This document shows positions 9,337-17,268 of a stretch of 64,000 nucleotides of DNA, piece by piece; the stretch's first letter is position 1; each line of letters begins with the position of its first letter. The notes beneath the pieces were generated by a model that did not search any database, was not told the DNA's origin, and saw only the letters and a list, made by a program, of their open reading frames with translations. Source of the stretch: Candidatus Nomurabacteria bacterium (GTDB lineage Bacteria > Patescibacteriota > Minisyncoccia > Phycocordibacterales > UBA9973); contig JAHFNJ010000001.1 in assembly GCA_023267375.1 (NCBI GenBank), forward strand, positions 21,878-85,877, read 5' to 3'. The position numbers were made by a program, and so were the translations under genes.

Positions 9337-10293
9337 CTACGCGGTATCCTGTAATCTTTGTAGCCGCACTTTCAGCTCATCTGCGGTAAGAGATTTGTTA
9401 CTGTGTGAAAAAGAAAGATATTTATTTATTTCAAAATGTAGATGTTGGCCATGCCCTTTTAGGGTTGCATTTTTACCCGTATGGCCCACGGTTCCTAATA
9501 TCTCTCCTTCAAGTACCAATTCTCCAGGCTCTACTGCAACCTCCTTCAAATGTGCGTAGCGATAAAACTCTTTTGTTTGATAATTGAATATTATAACCGT
9601 GTTGCCGCCTCTCATAGAACTTGATGATGTCTCATCATTTGGTTTCCACCCCCTATCTGCCACCATAACTATACCACCACCAATAGCATATATTGGAGCT
9701 TGTTCGTGGGTAAACAAGTCTACTGCATCTTTATGATTTTCTCCTTTTCCAAAACTAAATTTCTGAAGAGGTACTTTTTCCTTACTTGATATTTTTTTAT
9801 TCTTAAGACGTTCTTTGTCTTTTGTTACTTGCTCAAGATAGCCTAAGTATGCGGCTCTAAAGTCAGGGGTAATAAGGCTTTTCACTTCTGCCATAATTTT
9901 TTCCGGTATAAAATGCTGCCGCGAAGGGTCTGTTGTTTCTGAAAGAAACCGTTGGGAGTAATACAGCAACGACGCCAAATAAGCATTGTCTTTGACTTTC
10001 TCATACCTTTTATTGGAGATAATATCTTTTATTTTTTGAACCTGATCAGCAATAAATGCTTCCGGCGTCATATTTTTTTCCTTAGAGATCACCCCCTCAG
10101 CCTTAGAAATAACTGGACCGAGAGCTACAGCGGTTCCCAAAATTGCCAACTTCTTAAGAAAACCGCGACGAGAATTATCTACCACTGGTTCTTCTGGGAA
10201 CTTATCTATATGCTCGTTATTTGTAGAATCATTAAACTGCTTTGATTCGAGATTGCTCATATTATAAGAAAATAATATCAGTAACATCACCAT
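9337..10293 (-). CDS. M23 family peptidoglycan metalloendopeptidase with a Tat-type signal
   Basis: N-terminal RRGFLKKLAILGTAVALG is a twin-arginine signal. C-terminal HTG...HLHFEI is the M23 LytM signature. Confidence 0.75.
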   Translation of the reverse strand: MVMLLILFSYNMSNLESKQFNDSTNNEHIDKFPEEPVVDNSRRGFLKKLAILGTAVALGPVISKAEGVISKEKNMTPEAFIADQVQKIKDIISNKRYEKVKDNAYLASLLYYSQRFLSETTDPSRQHFIPEKIMAEVKSLITPDFRAAYLGYLEQVTKDKERLKNKKISSKEKVPLQKFSFGKGENHKDAVDLFTHEQAPIYAIGGGIVMVADRGWKPNDETSSSSMRGGNTVIIFNYQTKEFYRYAHLKEVAVEPGELVLEGEILGTVGHTGKNATLKGHGQHLHFEINKYLSFSHSNKSLTADELKVRLQRLQDTA

Positions 10294-10373
10294 ACTGCAA
10301 CGTACTTTGAAATATACTACGAATAAGCTATAGTTTTAAAAAAAATAAATCTAAACTTCAAACCCCTACCGCC

Positions 10374-10754
10374 ATGAAAGAAATCGTCCAATTTATGTAC
10401 CTTGTACTTTTTACATTATCTCTACATCTTTTTTCTGATCAGTTAGGAGTAACACCAACTATTCAGAAAATACTATTTCACTCCTTCAGTTTTACACTAC
10501 TTTTATTCCTCTACTACCTTGTTTACCGCAAGACATACTACGGCCCGGAACTGCCAAGATGGACATACGTAATCATATATCCTAATGCGATTGTCTATGC
10601 CACAGTGATATGCTTGTTTCTATTTGGTTTTGGAGTACCACCGAGTAGTAGCGGAGGATGGATAATGGCAATCATTTTTGCAGTTATGTTTACTATTATA
10701 ATTGCAACAATATACGCAGTTAAAAATTTCAGAGAAATCTGGGGTGATTTGTAA
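10374..10754 (+). CDS. hypothetical membrane protein
   Basis: 126 aa with four predicted TM helices. Confidence 0.4.
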   Translation: MKEIVQFMYLVLFTLSLHLFSDQLGVTPTIQKILFHSFSFTLLLFLYYLVYRKTYYGPELPRWTYVIIYPNAIVYATVICLFLFGFGVPPSSSGGWIMAIIFAVMFTIIIATIYAVKNFREIWGDL

Positions 10755-10785
10755 AAATAGTAAATGGTAAAAATGTATACTAAAA

Positions 10786-10815
10786 CAAAAAACCTTCCTG
10801 TTTTTATGGGGAGGT
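10786..10815. terminator. bidirectional rho-independent terminator
   Basis: aaccttcc..ggggaggtt hairpin flanked by A and T runs, between convergent genes. Confidence 0.45.
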
Positions 10816-10841
10816 TTTTTTATTTCTCATTCAATTATTTT

Positions 10842-11954
10842 TTAAAACAACTTCACAATATCGTGATAGGTCACCACAAGCATCAGGATGATAAGAAGTG
10901 CGAAACCAACACTATTGAATGCATTGGCAATTTTAGGAGTAATGCGTGAACCCTTTATTTTTTCAATCAACAAAAAGAGTAATCGCCCACCATCAAGCGC
11001 AGGAAATGGAATAAAATTAATAACCGCAAGATTTATAGAAATGAGCGCGGTGAATGAAAGCAGATACACGAATCCGAAATGCGCAGCGTCACCAACAACT
11101 CCAACGATACCAACAGGTCCAGTTATAGAAGAAAGCGATCCGTGTCCAGTCACAGCATCTTTAATCAAATGATAGAGAGATGCTGCTGTTGCCCCAGTCA
11201 CTCGTGCTGTCATCGTCAGTCCTTCCCAAATAGCCTTATGCACTGGCAATTTAAGTGTACCAATCATCCCCATCGAAATACCAATTGCTGCTTTTTCTTT
11301 ATCATCAGGAATCACATTTTGTGCCGGTGTCACTGGAATAACAGTATGTTCTGTTCCGCGAACGACATCAATTTCAAGAGGGACTGTATCGTGCGCTGCG
11401 ATAAATTTCTGGAAGACATCTACTTCGGGCGTCACTAGCCCGCCATCCTTTTCTCCTACAATCGTCACTGCAGAAATTTTGTCGCCAATTTTCAATCCCG
11501 CTTGTTCAGCAGGTGTCCCCTTTGAAACTGAGGTTATAGTAAGTGCAGCATTATCAATATACTTGTTATCATAGCCAGAATCTAAAGCAGAAGGCATACC
11601 AGAAATAAATCCAACAGAGAACAAGAGCCACGCAAGCAGTAAATTGAAAAAAATACCAGCAAACAACACCATGGCCTGTACGCGAGCAGGCTTATTTACA
11701 AAACTACGACTGGCATCAGGTCCAGAGATTGATTCATCGTCGGGATTTTCTCCAAAAATTTTCACATACCCGCCAAGCGGTAACGCATTAAATGCATATG
11801 TTGTCTCCCCTTTCTTTTTAGAAAAAAGGCGTGGTGGAAAACCGAATGCAAATTCATCCACACGAATACCTGATTTTTTGGCAGTAATAAAATGCCCGAA
11901 CTCGTGAACAAGTACGAGCACTAAAAGTATAAGTAAAAAGATTAATATGTTCAT
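10842..11954 (-). CDS. rseP: RIP metalloprotease RseP (M50 site-2 protease with PDZ domain)
   Basis: HEFGHFITAK HExxH motif in TM1, PDZ-like middle domain, and C-terminal LDGG motif. Confidence 0.85.
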   Translation of the reverse strand: MNILIFLLILLVLVLVHEFGHFITAKKSGIRVDEFAFGFPPRLFSKKKGETTYAFNALPLGGYVKIFGENPDDESISGPDASRSFVNKPARVQAMVLFAGIFFNLLLAWLLFSVGFISGMPSALDSGYDNKYIDNAALTITSVSKGTPAEQAGLKIGDKISAVTIVGEKDGGLVTPEVDVFQKFIAAHDTVPLEIDVVRGTEHTVIPVTPAQNVIPDDKEKAAIGISMGMIGTLKLPVHKAIWEGLTMTARVTGATAASLYHLIKDAVTGHGSLSSITGPVGIVGVVGDAAHFGFVYLLSFTALISINLAVINFIPFPALDGGRLLFLLIEKIKGSRITPKIANAFNSVGFALLIILMLVVTYHDIVKLF

Positions 11955-11963
11955 TAGATTAGG

Positions 11964-11992
11964 TTTTAGGTTCTAGTTGCTAGGTTCTAGTT
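11964..11992. repeat. left inverted repeat of the four-helix-bundle cassette
   Basis: ttaggttctagttgctaggttctag. It matches the reverse complement of 12336..12369 over about 19 of 20 bp, plus extensions. Confidence 0.6.
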
Positions 11993-12335
11993 TATTAATA
12001 ATAGTTCGTAACATTTTACTTACTTCTTCAAGTAACGGCAATGACTCATCGACAGAAATACTATACAAATCCCTGCAAAGAAGTAGTTGGGTCTCAAGTT
12101 CTGCAGCAGATCCATACGCTAAATGCAGAAACTGGCAATAATCCTTTCTTGTTTTTCTATTACTACCTTCAGCAATATTGGATACGATTGAGACTGCAGA
12201 TCGGCGCACCTGAGATTGAAGTGCATATACTTCGGAATTTGGAAGTTTAATACTTATCTTGTAAACAATTTTTACCAACTCATATCCTTTCTGCCAAACA
12301 ATTAGATCTTTGTATGATTTTATTTTTGTATCCAT
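11973..12335 (-). CDS. four-helix-bundle protein (TIGR02436 family, the kind found in 23S rRNA intervening sequences)
   Basis: SQVRRSAVSIVSNIAEGSNRKTRKDYCQFLHLAYGSAAELETQL is the family signature. The ORF is bracketed by CTAG-rich inverted repeats. Confidence 0.8.
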   Translation of the reverse strand: MDTKIKSYKDLIVWQKGYELVKIVYKISIKLPNSEVYALQSQVRRSAVSIVSNIAEGSNRKTRKDYCQFLHLAYGSAAELETQLLLCRDLYSISVDESLPLLEEVSKMLRTIINKLEPSN

Positions 12336-12369
12336 ACTAGAAACCTAGCCCCTAGTAACTAGAACCTAA
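12336..12369. repeat. right inverted repeat of the four-helix-bundle cassette
   Basis: actagaaacctagcccctagtaactagaacctaa. Its reverse complement matches the left repeat. It overlaps the frr stop codon. Confidence 0.6.
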
Positions 12370-12917
12370 TTCATTACCTCCTTCTGTTTCTTCTCAAACA
12401 TTGCTTCAAGTGTTTTGTTTGCCTCATCAACGAGTTTCTGGAGTTCATCTTTACTCTTAAATTTCTCATCTTCGGTCAATGCTCCGTCTTTTTCGCGTTG
12501 CTGAATATCGTTCCAGGTTTTTTCACGGTCTTGCTTTACCGCAATGCGTGCCTCTTCAAGACGTTCTTTCAAGATTTTTACCAAGCGTTCGCGAGTTTCA
12601 GTCGTGAGCATTGGGAAAATCACCCGAAGCCCTGCATCATCGGTCGCAACCGAAAGACCCAAGTTCGCAGCAACGATAGCCTTTTCCACATCCTTAACCT
12701 GATTTTTGTCCCATGGGGCAATGCGGAGTGTTTTTGGATCCTCAATAGTGATTGAACCAATATTCTTAAGCGGTTGGAGGGCTCCATAAACAGAGACCAT
12801 CACGCCATCCAAAATGGCCGGCGTTGCACGACCAGTGTGTAATTGCGAGTACTCCTTGGCGAGCCACTCTTCTGACTTTTTTTCTTGTTGTTTAAATAGT
12901 GCGAAGTTATATTGCAT
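12366..12917 (-). CDS. frr: ribosome recycling factor
   Basis: 183 aa. Frr signature throughout (LHTGRATPAILDGVMVSVYG.. and coiled-coil). Confidence 0.9.
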   Translation of the reverse strand: MQYNFALFKQQEKKSEEWLAKEYSQLHTGRATPAILDGVMVSVYGALQPLKNIGSITIEDPKTLRIAPWDKNQVKDVEKAIVAANLGLSVATDDAGLRVIFPMLTTETRERLVKILKERLEEARIAVKQDREKTWNDIQQREKDGALTEDEKFKSKDELQKLVDEANKTLEAMFEKKQKEVMN

Positions 12918-13027
12918 GTGTCTATTATAGCAGAAAAAATAAAAAAGTGATTTGTTGACAAGTGGTTTTTTATATTCTAAGGTATAGCAAATTGTTTTAT
13001 ATTGTCTTACCTTAAAAAAATACCCCT

Positions 13028-13441
13028 ATGAAAAAAGATTCTAAAAATCTAATGACTGTTTTACTTGGTGATTTAAAAAATGGCATTCGTGCACATTTTG
13101 CAGATTCCGCTATTAAGAACAGCGCACTCAAAGAAGAAACCTTTTTACTATCCGCCAATGGTGTCGTACATTATCACCGTAAATGGATTTTTGAAAAATC
13201 AAACGATGGGTGCGATGAGATTAAACAGCATACAATACTTATCTCCAGAACTAAACTGGAAGAAATTATGTTACATTCTGCTATCACCGTATTCAAGCTG
13301 CCAAATACGGAACATCAGAAATGGGAACATGTCGATCCGGTATGGAGTGATCTAAATTTTAATCACAAATCTGATGCGGCTCCCATTTTTACATCAACCC
13401 TGAAGCAGGTAATTAAAAAAGATAGCGTCACCGCTGAATAA
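13028..13441 (+). CDS. hypothetical protein
   Basis: 137 aa with no recognisable motif. Followed by a terminator. Confidence 0.4.
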   Translation: MKKDSKNLMTVLLGDLKNGIRAHFADSAIKNSALKEETFLLSANGVVHYHRKWIFEKSNDGCDEIKQHTILISRTKLEEIMLHSAITVFKLPNTEHQKWEHVDPVWSDLNFNHKSDAAPIFTSTLKQVIKKDSVTAE

Positions 13442-13465
13442 TCTTACTGAATTAATTTTTTAAAA

Positions 13466-13487
13466 AAGCCCCGCATGTGCGGGGCTT
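13466..13487. terminator. bidirectional rho-independent terminator
   Basis: aagccccgcatgtgcggggctt hairpin with an A run 5' and a T run 3', between convergent genes. Confidence 0.6.
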
Positions 13488-14213
13488 TTACTTTTCCGGC
13501 ATCAAAAGTGCCACCGATTCTAAGAGCATTTTAACTGATGCTCCAGGTGTCTGCAGATATTCTCGAGACTTCCCTATTTGCTGAAATGCCATTTTTTCCG
13601 TATCAGTAAGTATGCTCATTTTTCCACCTTCATGGAGTACAAATTCAATACTATTTAAAAGCGAAACAGCCTGCGCACGGAGCGCGCCAAATTCGTCATC
13701 ATTTTCATGTGCTTTGATCAAAGATGCGACATGTTTCAATCGTGCTGGTTTTTTCATTGCTAAAAATTCACTTCCCGCTTTTGTACTTTTATTTTCTTCG
13801 GTGCTTCGGATATGCACGAGTCGTGATGCCAGCGTTTCCAAGAGCGCACCAATACGCGGAACGATTATGAAAAAATGAACATTTTGCGCGGGCTCTTCAA
13901 ATACTTTCAAAAGCGCCTGTTGTGCTTCACTGTTAAAAAAATCAGTTTGGATAATAAAAAATTTCTTACCCGATTGGATAGACGTACCACTTCCGATAGC
14001 TCGCTCCCCTTGCCGCGCTTTCAGCTGGCGACCATTTTCGATGGTAAACGTACTATATTTTTCAATGATGAGGTCAGGGTTACCGTGAATAGCAATATTC
14101 GCATTTTCAAAAAAGATAAGCAGGTTCGGCAAAACAACTTCCGAATTACCCTCAAGCAAATATGCATGGTGGAGAGAATTGATGTCTATAGATTGTGCAA
14201 GCTCTTCGAGCAT
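13488..14213 (-). CDS. DNA polymerase III delta'-like protein (HolB-like, no P-loop)
   Basis: HAYLLEG..DLII..AQQALLKVFEEP..LETLASRLVHI matches the clamp-loader delta' pattern. GxxGxGK is absent. Confidence 0.55.
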   Translation of the reverse strand: MLEELAQSIDINSLHHAYLLEGNSEVVLPNLLIFFENANIAIHGNPDLIIEKYSTFTIENGRQLKARQGERAIGSGTSIQSGKKFFIIQTDFFNSEAQQALLKVFEEPAQNVHFFIIVPRIGALLETLASRLVHIRSTEENKSTKAGSEFLAMKKPARLKHVASLIKAHENDDEFGALRAQAVSLLNSIEFVLHEGGKMSILTDTEKMAFQQIGKSREYLQTPGASVKMLLESVALLMPEK

Positions 14214-14224
14214 TGAGATAAAAA

Positions 14225-15238
14225 TTACCGCTTTGATATGATTGTCTTCTTATACATATCGAGGTGATCAAGTGCAACACCGGTGCCGTTTACCACACAG
14301 TACAGTGCTTCATCGGCAAGACGTGCTTTTACCCCTGTCTTGCGATACACAAGATCCGGGAAATTACGAAGCTGCGAAGTTCCCCCAGTCATAATGATGC
14401 CTTGATCAATAATGTCTGATGCGAGTTCGGGTGGCGTTTCCTGGAGCACCGCTTTGATCGCCTGTACGATTTGCTTCAATTCTTTATCAATCGCGCGAAC
14501 AATTTCATTTGTTGAGACCTGAGCAGAGCGCGGCAGACCCTGAATGAAATCGCGTCCTTTGATTGTCATTGTTAACTCTTCTTCAAGCGGAATGGCTGCA
14601 CCAATTTTTATTTTTACATCTTCAGCAGTTTTATCGCCGATCGCTAAGTTGAATGTTTTTTTGATATAGTCCGCAATCGCAGCATCAATTTTATTTCCCG
14701 CGCATTTTACTGACGTAGATGCAACGATACCTCCCAAGGAAATCACCGCAACGTCAGTCGTACCGCCGCCAATATCGACGATCATGTGTCCGCGTGATTC
14801 TTGAATTGGAATACCCGCACCAATCGCTGCCAAAATCGGCTCTTTCACCACGTAAGCATTTTTTGCACCAGCTTTTATTGCTGCTTCAACCACGGCGCGA
14901 CGTTCAGTCGATGTCACGCCAGCTGGCACAGAAATCATCACATCTGGTTTAAACAAATTGAATGGGCCGAGCGCTTTCGTAATGAAGTAACGAAGCATTG
15001 CTTCAGTGACTCGGTAGTCGGCGATCACGCCATCTTTCATAGGACGATATGCAATAATGCTTTCCGGTGTTTTTCCGATCATTTCTTTCGCTTCTACCCC
15101 GATCGCTAAAATTCGATTGTCTTGCTCTGAAACCGCTACCACCGAAGGCTCATTGAGCACAACGCCTTTTCCAGGAAGGAACACGAGTGTGTTGGCGGTC
15201 CCCAAATCAATACCTAGTTTTTTAGTAAAAAGCGCCAT
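14225..15238 (-). CDS. mreB: rod-shape-determining protein MreB
   Basis: LGIDLGTANTLVF..., DIGGGTTDVAVIS, and full-length actin-like ATPase. Confidence 0.9.
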   Translation of the reverse strand: MALFTKKLGIDLGTANTLVFLPGKGVVLNEPSVVAVSEQDNRILAIGVEAKEMIGKTPESIIAYRPMKDGVIADYRVTEAMLRYFITKALGPFNLFKPDVMISVPAGVTSTERRAVVEAAIKAGAKNAYVVKEPILAAIGAGIPIQESRGHMIVDIGGGTTDVAVISLGGIVASTSVKCAGNKIDAAIADYIKKTFNLAIGDKTAEDVKIKIGAAIPLEEELTMTIKGRDFIQGLPRSAQVSTNEIVRAIDKELKQIVQAIKAVLQETPPELASDIIDQGIIMTGGTSQLRNFPDLVYRKTGVKARLADEALYCVVNGTGVALDHLDMYKKTIISKR

Positions 15239-15335
15239 ATATAGTAGATAGAATATAGCACGATACTTCCGAGAGACAAAAAGTGGATCGTTTGATAATA
15301 CGTAAAATATATTATATAATTCGCAACATCAATTT

Positions 15336-16640
15336 ATGGCAAGTTTAAAGATACAAGGCGGGAAAAAACTAAGCGGCGAAATCATTCCGCAAGGAACAAA
15401 AAACGAAGCGCTCGAAGTCTTGTGCGCAACATTACTCACTGATGAAGAAATCCGGATCGAAAATGTTCCGGATATTTTGGATATACAAAACCTTCTCACG
15501 GTGCTTGAAAAATTGGGAGTAACTATTACAAAAGAAGATGCGCACACCTATACGTTTCGCGCACAGAATATTAACGTTGACTATTTAAATGGTAATGGCG
15601 ACATCGCCGAAGCAGCAACGATCCGTGGCTCACTCATGGTTGCGGGACCGCTTCTTGGCCGTTTTGGAAAAGCATACATGCCGAAGCCGGGCGGAGACAA
15701 AATTGGTCGCCGCAGACTCGATGCTCATATTTTCGGATTTGAAAAATTAGGAGCGACCGTAGCACGCTCAGAAAAAACAAATGCATACCTCATCTCGGCC
15801 CACAAACTCACTGGTGCAGATATTCTTTTTGATTATGCCTCTGTCACTGGAACAGCAAATACTATTATGGCAGCAGTACTCGCAGAAGGTACAACCACAC
15901 TCTACAACGCAGCGTGCGAACCCCACGTCCAACAATTATGCAGAATGCTAAACTCTATGGGCGCGCAGATCTCTGGTATTGGTTCAAACATGCTTGCAAT
16001 TACTGGTGTAGAAAAATTAAAAGGCTGCACGCACCGCATATTGCCCGACATGATTGAAATTGGTAGCTTCATCGGACTTGCCGCAATGACCGGCTCTGCG
16101 CTTACCATAAAAGATGCGGATTACGGACACCTGGGAAACATTCTTCCAACATTTCGCAAACTTGGTATTCAGATACAACAGGAAGGAAAAGATATCATCA
16201 TTCCAACACAAGAACACTACGCTATAGAAAAATTCTTAGATGGATCAATCTACACACTCATGGATGCAGTGTGGCCAGCCTTCCCTGCAGACTTGCTCTC
16301 AGTAGTACTCGTCGTTGCAACACAGGCAAAAGGAAGTATGCTAATCCATCAATCAATGTTTGAGAGCAGACTTTTCTTTGTTGATAAATTGATCGACATG
16401 GGTGCACAGATTATTTTATGTGATCCGCATCGTGCAGTTGTTGTCGGACTCGATCATGAAAGTTCTCTTCGCGGCATTACCATGTCATCTCCAGATATTC
16501 GCGCCGGCGTTGCACTCTTGATCGCCGCACTTTCCGCAAATGGAGAAAGCACTATTCACAATAGCGAACAAATCGATCGCGGCTATGAACGTATCGCTGA
16601 ACGACTTTCACTACTCGGAGCAAAAATTGAACGTTTTTAA
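15336..16640 (+). CDS. murA: UDP-N-acetylglucosamine 1-carboxyvinyltransferase
   Basis: 434 aa. LKIQGGKKLSGEI..KNEALEVLCA and full-length MurA similarity. Confidence 0.9.
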   Translation: MASLKIQGGKKLSGEIIPQGTKNEALEVLCATLLTDEEIRIENVPDILDIQNLLTVLEKLGVTITKEDAHTYTFRAQNINVDYLNGNGDIAEAATIRGSLMVAGPLLGRFGKAYMPKPGGDKIGRRRLDAHIFGFEKLGATVARSEKTNAYLISAHKLTGADILFDYASVTGTANTIMAAVLAEGTTTLYNAACEPHVQQLCRMLNSMGAQISGIGSNMLAITGVEKLKGCTHRILPDMIEIGSFIGLAAMTGSALTIKDADYGHLGNILPTFRKLGIQIQQEGKDIIIPTQEHYAIEKFLDGSIYTLMDAVWPAFPADLLSVVLVVATQAKGSMLIHQSMFESRLFFVDKLIDMGAQIILCDPHRAVVVGLDHESSLRGITMSSPDIRAGVALLIAALSANGESTIHNSEQIDRGYERIAERLSLLGAKIERF

Positions 16641-16657
16641 AAAATTAAATAAAAAGA

Positions 16658-16688
16658 AACCCGCCCTGCGTAAGCAAGACGGGTTTTT
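16658..16688 (+). terminator. rho-independent terminator of murA
   Basis: aaacccg..cgggttt stem followed by a T run. Confidence 0.5.
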
Positions 16689-16709
16689 TGTTTTTGTTTC
16701 CCTTTTTTT

Positions 16710-17120
16710 TCAATTATTTTTTTGTAATACATCCAGCTCTTTCTTAAAAAAGAGGATGTGGCGGCGATTTTCTTCGATTGTCATTAGCATTCCTGCAAAG
16801 AAACGTGAGATAACAATCACAAGAATAAAACCGATTGGAAAAAGAAACGATTCGACAACAGCCAAATCATTTGCTCTTCCAATAAAATAACTGAGGAAAA
16901 TGATAAGAGTAACTCCTGCACCAACAGGGGTAAGCACTTCAAACAATTTCTTGAAGCCAGTTCTTAATTGAGAAACCAGCGAATCAAGAATCACCACGAT
17001 TGGTGAGGGGCCAGCGGTAACTGCTTGGGAGTAATTCCATAATAATTGAGCGACTACAATATTCGCCCGCTTTTTTAATCTTTTCATTTTACTTTTTTGG
17101 GGTTTTTGGGGGTTGAACAC
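16710..17120 (-). CDS. hypothetical membrane protein
   Basis: 136 aa with three or four TM helices and a basic N-terminus. Confidence 0.4.
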   Translation of the reverse strand: MFNPQKPQKSKMKRLKKRANIVVAQLLWNYSQAVTAGPSPIVVILDSLVSQLRTGFKKLFEVLTPVGAGVTLIIFLSYFIGRANDLAVVESFLFPIGFILVIVISRFFAGMLMTIEENRRHILFFKKELDVLQKNN

Positions 17121-17268
17121 TATTATACTGTAAAAATAACAAGCCTAAATAATAGCATTCCATACCAAAAAGTCAAGCATCTTTTGCGTTAAAATGCCAA
17201 TATTTAAAGGATTTACTGGTTAAATGTACCCTTCTCCTTTAAGGAGAGTGTGATACACTAGCACTCGT

